The notes below the pieces were generated by a model. The model was given only the letters and a program-made list of their open reading frames with translations, was not told the DNA's origin and did no database searches. The position numbers and the translations under genes were made by a program. Below are positions 33,153 through 42,135 of a stretch of 51,351 bases of DNA, piece by piece. Location of the stretch: the IMG/VR virus record IMGVR_UViG_3300037482_000077, positions 1 to 51,351 of that record. The stretch is one strand, 5' to 3'. Positions within the stretch are counted from its first letter, which is position 1, and every line of letters starts with the position of its first letter. Source of the stretch: a virus (lineage: Duplodnaviria; Caudoviricetes).

Positions 33153-33640
33153 CCGCGCACCACTTCGATCGAGTTATTTCCGCCGCGCACCAGATCCCGC
33201 AGCAGCGCATCGACCGCCGAATACCGTTTCTGCCCGCCATTGCCGCGCGCCGACAGCTTGCGGGTGATCGGGCCGACCGTGACCGACTCGACGTACTGCG
33301 CATCAGCATCGGTGAGCAGTTCCGCCGACAACGCCTTGAGCGCGAGTTCAAAGCATGCCGCCTTGAGCGCCGCCGGCAGCACGGTCGTCGCCACCACGTA
33401 GCCATCGACCGTGACCCCGGCGCGCGGCCAGTCGAGCGCCTGCGTGCTCGCGACCCGTCCGCCGCGCCAGGCGTAGTGGCTGTCGAGGTAGTCGGTGGCC
33501 TTGCGGGCGGCCCATTCCTGGGCCTCGCTGTCCGCCGCATCCCATGCCGTGTTGCCGCGGTTCGCGTGGTAGGTCGCCGCCTCCGCGAGCGTGACGTAGC
33601 TGTCTGCCGAGGAGCTGCCAATGGTTGCCGTGAGTGCCAT
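33149..33640 (-). CDS. Head-tail adaptor (DnaT-like annotation family)
   Basis: ADSYVTLAEA, ATDYLD and QALDWPR motifs. Confidence 0.85.
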   Translation of the reverse strand: MALTATIGSSSADSYVTLAEAATYHANRGNTAWDAADSEAQEWAARKATDYLDSHYAWRGGRVASTQALDWPRAGVTVDGYVVATTVLPAALKAACFELALKALSAELLTDADAQYVESVTVGPITRKLSARGNGGQKRYSAVDALLRDLVRGGNNSIEVVRG

Positions 33641-33641
33641 A

Positions 33642-33947
33642 TCAGCGCTCTTTCATTTTGAGGTAGATAGTCCGGTCATCGGTGCGCCCGCCGCTCGTCG
33701 TGAAGCGGAACGTGGCCGTCGCGGTTTCGCCCGCCGTGCCGCCCGAGATCCAGGCAACCACCTTGTCGCCGGCAATCACGCTGCTATCGACCGTCACGCC
33801 CACCCCCGTCACGCTGTGCGAGGCGAGCGTATCGGCGATGCCGGCGAGCCAATCCGTCAGGTCGAGCGAGTAGTCGAGCACCGCGTTCGGATCTTTCGGG
33901 ATCGACGCCTTGCCGCTCGCGCTGATCGTGTAGGTTTCTGTCGTCAT
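33642..33947 (-). CDS. Virion fibre-adaptor-like protein
   Basis: KDPNAVLDYSLD and AWISGG...GRTDDRT motifs. Confidence 0.7.
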   Translation of the reverse strand: MTTETYTISASGKASIPKDPNAVLDYSLDLTDWLAGIADTLASHSVTGVGVTVDSSVIAGDKVVAWISGGTAGETATATFRFTTSGGRTDDRTIYLKMKER

Positions 33948-34699
33948 ACGGCGAGCGTCCTTGACTGTGCATCCACGGCGAGCACCCGGCTCTCGGCGGG
34001 CGATAGATAGATGCGGTTTTCGTCCGCGATCCGCAGCGTGCGGGCCGCTGAATAGGTGATGATTGTCCCGGATAGGGCCGCGGTATCGCTGGCCGACTCC
34101 GTCGCCGACAGCGCGCCGGCAATCCGCACCACGCCGACGACGATGGCGGTATCAGCGACCGTCTCGGTGATCGCTGCGGAGCCGCGCACCCGTACCACGC
34201 CGGCCATGCTGGCGGCGTCTGCGCCCGTCTCGGTGGCGGACAGTGCGCCTGAGATGTCGTTGCTGGCGTCGCCCGTGATTGCGGCCGTATCCGAGCCCGT
34301 CTCAGCCGCAGCGAGCGCGCCCGATACGACGACATCGCCCACCATGGTCGCGGCGTCGGCGCCCGTTTCGCTGGCTACGAGCGCGCCTTGCACGAGCACC
34401 GCGCCCGCGATTGCAGCGGTATCTGCGCCGGCCTCCACTGCCGCGAGCGCGCCAGAGACAAGCACGCCGCCGCTGATCGCCGCCGTATCGCTGCCGGTCT
34501 CGGTGGCCGCCAGTGCGCCCGCGACCTGCACGTCGCCAGCGAGCGATGCGGTGTCAGCGCCGGACTCGGTGGCAGCTAGGGTGCCGGTGACTGCGCCTCC
34601 GCCTGATGTCGTTTCTTCCAGCCACCCCCCCGGCGCAACCCGGTTCGTGGTGCCGGTTTCCTCGACCCAGCCCCAAGGCGTGACGCGGTTCAGCGCCAT
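33944..34699 (-). CDS. Repetitive virion protein (20-aa repeats)
   Basis: About 9 copies of GALAATETGxDTAAIxGxVxVx. Confidence 0.75.
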   Translation of the reverse strand: MALNRVTPWGWVEETGTTNRVAPGGWLEETTSGGGAVTGTLAATESGADTASLAGDVQVAGALAATETGSDTAAISGGVLVSGALAAVEAGADTAAIAGAVLVQGALVASETGADAATMVGDVVVSGALAAAETGSDTAAITGDASNDISGALSATETGADAASMAGVVRVRGSAAITETVADTAIVVGVVRIAGALSATESASDTAALSGTIITYSAARTLRIADENRIYLSPAESRVLAVDAQSRTLAV

Positions 34700-34702
34700 G
34701 GC

Positions 34703-36019
34703 TTAGGCGCCTCGAATGGCCGGATCGACATACACCGTGATGCTCGGCTCGCCCACGACGACGCGCGCCATCAGGTGGCCGATCTCGGCCGGCGTGAAAC
34801 TCGATGCCGGCGCGAGTTTGCCGCTCCATGCGCTCGCATTCTCGCCCGTCCAGCCTGACGTGCCGACCCCGGCCGCCTGATTGGCCGGCGTGCCGAGCAG
34901 CGTCATGCGGTCATTCACAAACGACGCCTGCGTGCTGCCTGCCGTGCCTTTGTAGCTGAACTCGCCCCATACCTCATCGTCCTGGTACGCGGTCGTGCTG
35001 CCGTCGCGCAGGATCTCAATCGATGGCGTGATTGCGCTCGTTGCACTGTGGTAGCGCCCGAACCACGGACTCACGTAGGGGGTGTAATACGAGCAGTTCG
35101 CGGTCGTGGTGATCTTCCACGCGCAGCGATTGGTGCCGTCGTACTGCGCGCCATCGTCGGCATAGATGCCGGTATCGACGACCGTCGCGCCGAAGGCGTC
35201 ATAGTGTGCGATGTGATAGTGCTGATCGCCCGCCGCGCAGTCATAGAGCCACGCCGCCACGCTCCCCTTGTTGGCGACCGCTTGCGACGCCAATACCGTT
35301 ACACCTGACCCGAGCTTGCAGTTCGTGAAATGCAGCGTCGAACTCTGGTTGCCCCATACCCCAACCAGCGTGCCCGTGATGGACGACAGATCGCAGTTGA
35401 GCATCCTCACTGCGCCGCCCGTCCCGCTAGACTGAAACAGCGTCGCCGGAATCGACCCGGCAGGATCGACGATGCAGCCTTCCATATCGACCGTCTGTCG
35501 TGCGTTGATACCTTGACCTGTATGGCCAAACTTCAACGTTGAATTCCTCAGTCTCACATAGGTATTACCCACGCCGTTATTCTGACCCAGTTCGATACTG
35601 ACGATGGAGGTGGTGCTCGTCAGCGAAAGCACGCAATTTTCCATCTCGAAGTGCGATTCATCCGCGCCTGCGACGAAGATTCTCTCTAACGATGCCCCTG
35701 CGACCTGAAATGTGACCCCGTATAGGTAGATTCTTTTTGTGCCGCCAAGCGTAATGGACCGGCCTGTCGTCGTATGCCCGATGAACGCCCCGCCGCTCGC
35801 CAGCCCGCTGGTGCGATTCACGCTGATGACGTTGACGTGCGCGGCGAACGTATAGGTTGTGTTGCCGGCCAACGCCTCGTTATGGTCATCGGCAACATAG
35901 ATCAGGTCGCCGTTCGCGGTAGAGGCAGACACCGCCGATCCAAATGCCGTATAGGCGTTTGTCCAGCTCGTTCCATTGTTGGCGCCTGCAGCGCCTGAAT
36001 AGACATAGCGGATTGCCAT
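34703..36019 (-). CDS. Putative head fibre/beta-helix virion protein
   Basis: YVYSGAAGANNGTSWTNAY N-terminus; repeated xxNCxL beta-helix-like turns. Confidence 0.6.
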   Translation of the reverse strand: MAIRYVYSGAAGANNGTSWTNAYTAFGSAVSASTANGDLIYVADDHNEALAGNTTYTFAAHVNVISVNRTSGLASGGAFIGHTTTGRSITLGGTKRIYLYGVTFQVAGASLERIFVAGADESHFEMENCVLSLTSTTSIVSIELGQNNGVGNTYVRLRNSTLKFGHTGQGINARQTVDMEGCIVDPAGSIPATLFQSSGTGGAVRMLNCDLSSITGTLVGVWGNQSSTLHFTNCKLGSGVTVLASQAVANKGSVAAWLYDCAAGDQHYHIAHYDAFGATVVDTGIYADDGAQYDGTNRCAWKITTTANCSYYTPYVSPWFGRYHSATSAITPSIEILRDGSTTAYQDDEVWGEFSYKGTAGSTQASFVNDRMTLLGTPANQAAGVGTSGWTGENASAWSGKLAPASSFTPAEIGHLMARVVVGEPSITVYVDPAIRGA

Positions 36020-36462
36020 TACGCCAGCACCTCAGCCTTGCGGTCCGCCGCGATCAGCCCCGTGCCGATCATGTAGTCCAGCGCACCAGCGAGCCGTGGC
36101 GAACTGAGCAGCACGGCGCCGCGCTTCTCGCCAAGGTCAAGGAAGTCGTCAATGATTGGATCGGTGGCGCGCGCAGCCCGAACGGCGATACGCTCCTGCG
36201 CGGTGAATCGGTCGATGAAATCCACCCACGGAACGGGCATCTCGAACTGCATGGCCTCTGCCGCCACCGCCTCGCGCGCGTCGATCTCCGCGCCGATCTT
36301 CTCGGCCCGCGCTGCCAGTACGGCGCCGATGTCCATACTGGCCGGCGCGAAGTAGCTCACGTCGTAGGTGCGGCCGGCGTGGTCGGCGTGCCGCTCGTGC
36401 ACGGAGCGATCCCCGGACGCTTGCACGGTCGCGCTGACGATCAGGCTGGAGACGATGGGCAT
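36019..36462 (-). CDS. Fibre-associated hypothetical protein
   Basis: FIDRFTAQERIAV motif; TAATG coupling. Confidence 0.6.
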   Translation of the reverse strand: MPIVSSLIVSATVQASGDRSVHERHADHAGRTYDVSYFAPASMDIGAVLAARAEKIGAEIDAREAVAAEAMQFEMPVPWVDFIDRFTAQERIAVRAARATDPIIDDFLDLGEKRGAVLLSSPRLAGALDYMIGTGLIAADRKAEVLA

Positions 36463-36463
36463 A

Positions 36464-36844
36464 TCAGGCGTGGACGATCTGGCCGGTCGTCAGCGTCACG
36501 GTCTGCGTCGCCGTGATCGAGGCGTTATCGAGCACGATGTCGGTGCCCGAGGTGCCGACCGTGAGCCCGGAGATGACGACCGTCCCGTCGCCGTTCTTGA
36601 TCTGGGCGGCCGCGGCGGTGCCAGTGGCATCGGCCGAGGCGTCGCTGATATCCGGATCGAAGTCCAGCGTCAGGGTGTCGGTCGCCACCGTGCCGCAGGG
36701 CTCGACGAGCTGGAACACGGCGAGCACGGTGCCCATGGCGGTGGTGCCGATTTCGAGGGTGCCGGCGCCGACCCCGGCGTCGATGGCGTCGGCCACCGCC
36801 TGCATGCGGAGGGTCTTGACTGCGGTGCTGTAGGTGACGGCCAT
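36464..36844 (-). CDS. Virion structural protein
   Basis: ADATGTAAAA...GTSGTDIVLDNASIT family motif. Confidence 0.65.
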   Translation of the reverse strand: MAVTYSTAVKTLRMQAVADAIDAGVGAGTLEIGTTAMGTVLAVFQLVEPCGTVATDTLTLDFDPDISDASADATGTAAAAQIKNGDGTVVISGLTVGTSGTDIVLDNASITATQTVTLTTGQIVHA

Positions 36845-36935
36845 GTTCTAGGCTCCAGAAATGCAAAAAGCCCACACAGAGCGGGCTTCGGTATTGGGTG
36901 GTTCGGGTTACGCGAGCGTCAGGCTTGCGCTGTCA

Positions 36936-37271
36936 TCACAATCCGTGCGCTTCGAGCATCGCAACCAGATCTGCTTTCTTCATCTTCGGGTCGAACGCAA
37001 TGCCGCCGACGACCAGTGCGTCGCGAATCTCGGCGACGGGGCGCTTACCGTCTGCCTTTCCCGGCTGCGCGTTGATCGTCTTAAGCGATTCGCGAGCGTC
37101 TTGGCTTGCTGCGCTGCGCACTTCCTGCGCAGAGCCGGCGTCGATTTTGACGGCCACGTCCGCTTTCTTCGGCGTCATCGAGAAGCCGCAGTACAGGCAG
37201 CACTCGCGGGCATCGACCGGCTCTTTTTCGCGCGGGAGTCCGTCCGCGTCGTAACAGGTGACGAGCGCCAT
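36936..37271 (-). CDS. HeH/Rho-N-like domain protein
   Basis: VAEIRDAL...GIAFDPKMKKADLVAML. Confidence 0.65.
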   Translation of the reverse strand: MALVTCYDADGLPREKEPVDARECCLYCGFSMTPKKADVAVKIDAGSAQEVRSAASQDARESLKTINAQPGKADGKRPVAEIRDALVVGGIAFDPKMKKADLVAMLEAHGL

Positions 37272-37316
37272 CTGATGCTCCAAAAGATCAGGGGCGACCG
37301 GGGCCGCCCCTTGTCA

Positions 37317-37937
37317 TCAATAGTCGCCGAGGTTGATCCAGTGAATCGTCACGGAGCCATTGACCAGCACCGTCGCGTCCGCGTCGATGTCGGTCGCGAC
37401 CGCCACAGCGAGGTTCAGGAACGCATCCACCGCGGTCGAGGTGCCGTCCAGTGATGCCAGCACACCCGGGCCGACCCCGTTCGCCACTGCGCCCGCAACA
37501 TCAATCGTCGCCGATGCGGTAAAGGCCGTGACATTGACGATGTCCTGCTCGGTCGTCGCTACGGTGGCGCTCGCCTGCGTGGTCGAGCCCACTCCCCAGT
37601 TGCAGGTCACGCTGGCATTGAGCGTGCTCGCCAGGGCCGAGGTCGTCGTGACGGCGATCGAACCAATGGCCCCCAGACGCAGGATGCGGCCGGCGGGGAA
37701 GTCGTAGATTTTGACCCCGCCGCCCTGCTCCGTGTCCCGCATGGTGACCGCGAGATTGGCGAGCGTGATCGTGGTTTTATGCACGACCGCGTCGCCCGCC
37801 TCGGTAGCGACCGCCGTCGCCCCGAGCGCGACCGGGACCGAGCCATACGACCCGGACGGCGCAGCGTCCAGATCCACGGTCCGGGTGCGCTTGACGTTGG
37901 CGTTGACCGCCTCGTCGATCTGTACGGTGCGCGTCAT
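37317..37937 (-). CDS. Capsid-associated structural protein
   Basis: Beta-rich; follows the decoration protein. Confidence 0.6.
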   Translation of the reverse strand: MTRTVQIDEAVNANVKRTRTVDLDAAPSGSYGSVPVALGATAVATEAGDAVVHKTTITLANLAVTMRDTEQGGGVKIYDFPAGRILRLGAIGSIAVTTTSALASTLNASVTCNWGVGSTTQASATVATTEQDIVNVTAFTASATIDVAGAVANGVGPGVLASLDGTSTAVDAFLNLAVAVATDIDADATVLVNGSVTIHWINLGDY

Positions 37938-37942
37938 GGCGA

Positions 37943-38362
37943 TCAGTCCTTCGCCAGCCAGGCCGAGAACGTGATCGACGGCGTGGTGCCATCGACCGCA
38001 GTGCTCAGCCGGACATAGCGATAGACCGTGCCATTTTGCTCGTTGCGGAACGGCACCACGAAGCGGCCGACCGCGGTGTCGGCGTCGCCCGGGGCGGTGA
38101 CGTTGCCCATGCGCGACACGGCGAGCTCCACGCTGCCGCTGGTCATGGCGGCGACGTTGGAGCCTTCGAGCGAGATCACGTAGTACTCGTCGGTCGAGGC
38201 CACGTCGATGCCGGTCACGTCGATGACGAGATGACCGCACACCAGCCCGGCGCCGAGGTCCAGGATGGTCGCGCCGACATCGGTCTGCGCGGTGGTGTGG
38301 GCCGCCGACGCCTCGAGCAGCAGCGCGTTGTCGTAGGTGAATTGCGAATACAGGTTTGCCAT
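37943..38362 (-). CDS. Capsid decoration/cement protein
   Basis: Follows MCP; YRYVRL motif. Confidence 0.7.
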   Translation of the reverse strand: MANLYSQFTYDNALLLEASAAHTTAQTDVGATILDLGAGLVCGHLVIDVTGIDVASTDEYYVISLEGSNVAAMTSGSVELAVSRMGNVTAPGDADTAVGRFVVPFRNEQNGTVYRYVRLSTAVDGTTPSITFSAWLAKD

Positions 38363-38389
38363 GATGGATTGTCCTTTCGTTGGCGTTGG

Positions 38390-39316
38390 TTAGGCGACGA
38401 CAGCAGCGTCAGCGATGGACCACAGGCGGGTAGCCGCACGGCCGTTGAACACGGCGAATCCGTTGTACCACTCGACGCGGGTGCGGAAGACCGGCGCCGT
38501 CTGCAACTCGCCCAGGTCGCGCACGTTCATGCCGCCGTTCTGCAGGCCGAGCACGCCCCCGTCGCCCATCGAGAGCACGTAGATCGAGGTCGCGGTATCG
38601 GTGCCCGAGGTGGCCGCTTCGGTGAACGGGAGGATCGCGGCGCCGGTGTGGTCCAGATCCACCACAATGATGGGGAGGCCGTTGTAGAACTCGACCCGCC
38701 GCCCGAACGCGCCCACTTCCATGGTGATGAAGCCGCCCACGGTGGTCGAGCGCGAGGCTTGCGTGAGACGCCGGCGCATGGCCTTGTTCATGACGAGGTG
38801 GGTCGGGTTCAGCGTCTGGTCGATCGCCTCGTCCAGCTTCGTGAGCGACAGTGCGGAGCCGTTGGCGGTCGAGCCAGCGGCGATCTTCTGGGCGCCCGTG
38901 ATCCGGGTTTGCAGGCCGTCGAACTCGCGCGGGTCGGACTGGTTGTCACCCTTGATGAACTTCTGCGTCCAGGCGAGCGACAGCGCGCGAATCTTCATCG
39001 CCTCGTGCACGGAGCGCTGGTTCGGCCCCATGGTGTCGATGATGAATTTGTCGACGTCGAGGTCGCCGCCCGCGATGACCAGCGCTTCGGTCAGCGGGTT
39101 GAGCACGCCGGTCGAGGGCGTGTAGGCTTCATTGACGCCGCGGAAGCCGACGCCAGGCAGGCTCGACTCGCGGTTGTACTTCATCGCGTTGCCCGAGATC
39201 GACTCGAACGGCAGATTCATCAGGATGTCGCTTGATCCGGCATACAGTTCGATGATGGCCTGACGCACAACGTCGCCGGTTTCGAGTTTTGCCGCTTCAA
39301 CAAGGGTGAGAGCCAT
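38390..39316 (-). CDS. Major capsid protein
   Basis: LTLVEAAK, LPGVGFRGVNE, GGDLDVDKFI and EFDGLQTR motifs. Confidence 0.9.
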   Translation of the reverse strand: MALTLVEAAKLETGDVVRQAIIELYAGSSDILMNLPFESISGNAMKYNRESSLPGVGFRGVNEAYTPSTGVLNPLTEALVIAGGDLDVDKFIIDTMGPNQRSVHEAMKIRALSLAWTQKFIKGDNQSDPREFDGLQTRITGAQKIAAGSTANGSALSLTKLDEAIDQTLNPTHLVMNKAMRRRLTQASRSTTVGGFITMEVGAFGRRVEFYNGLPIIVVDLDHTGAAILPFTEAATSGTDTATSIYVLSMGDGGVLGLQNGGMNVRDLGELQTAPVFRTRVEWYNGFAVFNGRAATRLWSIADAAVVA

Positions 39317-39331
39317 GATGCGTGATTCCTT

Positions 39332-40060
39332 TTACTTTTTCCCGGCGCGTGCGGCGGTGAGCCGCTCCGTGGGGGAGAGATTGGATAGGTCGCGACCGGA
39401 CGGCGTGCCGCTGCCGCCTTGAGCGCCGCCGCCGCTGGCGCCGGAGCTCTTCAGGATGTGGTCCTTGTACGGATAGGACTCGATGAGCGATTCGAGGGCC
39501 TCGTCGAAGTCGGCCAGTTCGCCCGGGCGCGCACGGCTGTAAATCTTGTTGCCGTGTGCGTCATAGGCGACGGTCTTGCCGTCCTCGATCTTGAACGCCT
39601 GCCCGAAACGGGCCTGCACCATGTCTGCCGGGATCGCGAGCTTGTCGGCGATCATCTTCGAGCGGCTGAAACTGCCGCCGATCTTCTCGCCGTAGAGCTG
39701 CTGCTCCAGCTGCTGGGTGCGGGTTTGCGCTTCGGTCAGCTTGCCCTCGTAGGACTTGCCGATTTCCGCCTTCACGCGCTCCACTTCGCCCGCGTCGATC
39801 AGCTTTTTCTGATCGAGATTCGAGACGACTTCGAGCGCCTTCAGGGCGGCGACCGGATCGGCGATGCCGTCGAACGACTTCAGCCCCTTCTCGGCGGCTT
39901 CTGCGCGTTCGCGGTGGGATTTCGCCTCCCCGTTCAGGCGGCTGATGGTGGCAACGGTTGCGGCCACGTCGAAGGCCACTTCCTTGCCATCGTCCGCGAC
40001 ATACACCGGCTTGCCGTCCTGCAACACCACGTGGCCATCAGCGTCCAATTTGAGTTTCAT
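39332..40060 (-). CDS. Capsid scaffolding protein (DUF6651-like)
   Basis: MKLKLDADG...TISRLNGEAKSHRE...PGELADFDEAL. Confidence 0.85.
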   Translation of the reverse strand: MKLKLDADGHVVLQDGKPVYVADDGKEVAFDVAATVATISRLNGEAKSHRERAEAAEKGLKSFDGIADPVAALKALEVVSNLDQKKLIDAGEVERVKAEIGKSYEGKLTEAQTRTQQLEQQLYGEKIGGSFSRSKMIADKLAIPADMVQARFGQAFKIEDGKTVAYDAHGNKIYSRARPGELADFDEALESLIESYPYKDHILKSSGASGGGAQGGSGTPSGRDLSNLSPTERLTAARAGKK

Positions 40061-40228
40061 CGAGCTTTCCTTTGGGCATCCGCCCGGTACTGGTGGGTCA
40101 TCCGACCCGTTGCTCCGCGACCCATCCGGGATGTGCGGACATGAAAAAGCCGACCGCAGCATCACGCCGGGTCGGCTGGAAAAGAAAAAGGCCCGCCGGA
40201 GCGAGCCTTGATGTTCAGTTGTTCGTGG

Positions 40229-40423
40229 TCAGTCTATGTCTATTGGAACATCGCCTCGCAGATCAACGATGGAGGCGAATCCAATCTCGTTACGACCGTC
40301 GAGCGTCAAAATTTCCAGCCCCTCGTAGCCGGGCGTGGCGATCATGATCCCGTGCTTGCGGCAGAGTGCGCGGAGCTCGGCGATGAACACCGCCGCATCG
40401 CCCTTGTTCTCTGAATCGCTCAC
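40229..40423 (-). CDS. Hypothetical protein
   Basis: GTGA overlap. Confidence 0.55.
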   Translation of the reverse strand: MSDSENKGDAAVFIAELRALCRKHGIMIATPGYEGLEILTLDGRNEIGFASIVDLRGDVPIDID

Positions 40424-40806
40424 CACGTTGTCACCTTGCCCTTGCTCAGGCAGTGCGCACAACATCGCACCCGGCGCGGCTTCGGCCCTTCGAGGATGTC
40501 GGCCGGCCCCTGATTCGCGCTGCGCGCCAACGCCTTTAGCGCATCGGTCTCGGCCAGGCTGAACTTCACGTCGGAGTGCCGAGTCGTTTCGATGAAGTTG
40601 CACCCTTCGCAGTCCATGACGTGCGCGATGTATTTGGCGAGCAGTGCTCGGTAGTCGACTTCCTGCGGCCCACGCGGCTCCTTGGTTGTGGCCAAGAAAA
40701 AAGGCTCACGCTCTCCGGGCTCGTAAAACGTGCAGAAGTTCCACTCGAGGCTGGATAGCGCCTCGACTTCCTGTTGCGTGTAGCGCTTCGACCTGTCGAT
40801 GTCCAT
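40420..40806 (-). CDS. Hypothetical protein with a duplicated C-terminal Zn-binding-like module
   Basis: Ends NQGPADILEG...CAHC, like the upstream gene. Confidence 0.6.
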   Translation of the reverse strand: MDIDRSKRYTQQEVEALSSLEWNFCTFYEPGEREPFFLATTKEPRGPQEVDYRALLAKYIAHVMDCEGCNFIETTRHSDVKFSLAETDALKALARSANQGPADILEGPKPRRVRCCAHCLSKGKVTTW

Positions 40807-40808
40807 GC

Positions 40809-41009
40809 TCACCCCCACACATGCTTGCAGTGCCAGCACCCGCGCCGCCTGAGAGGCTTGGCACCTTCGAGCAGATCGGCCGGCCCTTGATTGACCCATG
40901 TCCAGGTGCTTGATCCACACGATGGGCAGTAGGGCGACACACGCGGCGCCCGGCGCACCTTCGGCGGCTTGTCGGGCGTGGCGTTGTCGGTGATCAGTTT
41001 CAGCTTCAT
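40809..41009 (-). CDS. Small zinc-ribbon protein
   Basis: CPSCG...CWHC. Confidence 0.65.
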   Translation of the reverse strand: MKLKLITDNATPDKPPKVRRAPRVSPYCPSCGSSTWTWVNQGPADLLEGAKPLRRRGCWHCKHVWG

Positions 41010-41016
41010 CCAGCCA

Positions 41017-42135
41017 TTATAGGCCGGCGGCAGCGAACGCCTTGGCGTCGCGCTCGCGCAGTTGGTCGAGCGTCAGCCATTTGCCCTTGTCGCCATAGAA
41101 GCGATCCTGCGTGAGACCGCCTTCTCGCATGAGCCTCCCTCTGGCCGGCCCTAAAATGTCGTCCTGGCGCGCGGCGCTCTGCTTCTTGATCCAGTCGCCG
41201 TAGCTCGTGCTTTCCGGCACGACCCCGTCCATGCTCGCCCGCGCGCCCTCCGGAAGCTCGTCCTGATCTATGCCGAGCTCGCGCCAGCTCTTGAGGATCG
41301 GAACGCTGGTGCTGCGGCATTGCCAGTGCAATCTGCCCGGCCCGGCACCCCACGGCACCTTATGGCCGATCGGCTTGTGCGTGTCGGTCGTATAGCGCAA
41401 GCCATCGCGGAGGCGGCATTGGTCTGATGTTTTTCCATCGAGCGTGCTCACCCAGCCGGTCGAGGCAACCAAATCCGCATTCGTCTCAATGAACCGATCG
41501 CGCGTAAAACTCGCCACATGTGACGTTGCCGTCCTGACGATCGCCTCGACATCCCGGCGCGATCGCTCAAGCAGCCCGTCCGAGTAGCTCAGCGCACGCG
41601 TCCCGCGCAGGTCGCGCACCATCTGGTCGATCGTTTTGCCTTCGATGAATCCCATGCGCAAGGCTTCGCGGATCTTCTGCGTCTTCGCTGCTTCGACGCC
41701 CGTCAGGGCCTCCCTCAGTAAAACCCCTTGAAAGGGACGACTGAGCGCCGCCGCATACACCTGCTCCGGCACCACCGCAGCCACCGCGAAATACACCTGC
41801 ACCGGCGCCGGAATCGTCGCCTGGAACAGCTTTATCTGATAGTCCGCCTCGTAGGCCGTCAGGTCGCGCAGTTCCAGTTCTAGGCCGGCCCGCAGCGCTT
41901 CATAGGCCCGCACATTGATCTGGCGGACCGAGGCGAGCAGCGCGTCGATGCGATCTATCTGGAAAGCGCTTTGCGGCACGCGCTCCAGCGCCGCCATCAA
42001 CTGCGAAAAAAGATCGGCGTCTGCCCGATTCAAAATTGCGACGAGACGCCGCGTGACGCCGGTCGAATAGCGCGTCAGGTCGATCGCGTGCTGGGTGGCT
42101 GCGTCGGCCAGTCGTTCATTGGCCGTCGGCGCCAT
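41017..42135 (-). CDS. Minor head protein (Mu gpF/SPP1 gp7 family)
   Basis: WVSTLDGKTS..C...LHWQCRS motif. Confidence 0.9.
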   Translation of the reverse strand: MAPTANERLADAATQHAIDLTRYSTGVTRRLVAILNRADADLFSQLMAALERVPQSAFQIDRIDALLASVRQINVRAYEALRAGLELELRDLTAYEADYQIKLFQATIPAPVQVYFAVAAVVPEQVYAAALSRPFQGVLLREALTGVEAAKTQKIREALRMGFIEGKTIDQMVRDLRGTRALSYSDGLLERSRRDVEAIVRTATSHVASFTRDRFIETNADLVASTGWVSTLDGKTSDQCRLRDGLRYTTDTHKPIGHKVPWGAGPGRLHWQCRSTSVPILKSWRELGIDQDELPEGARASMDGVVPESTSYGDWIKKQSAARQDDILGPARGRLMREGGLTQDRFYGDKGKWLTLDQLRERDAKAFAAAGL

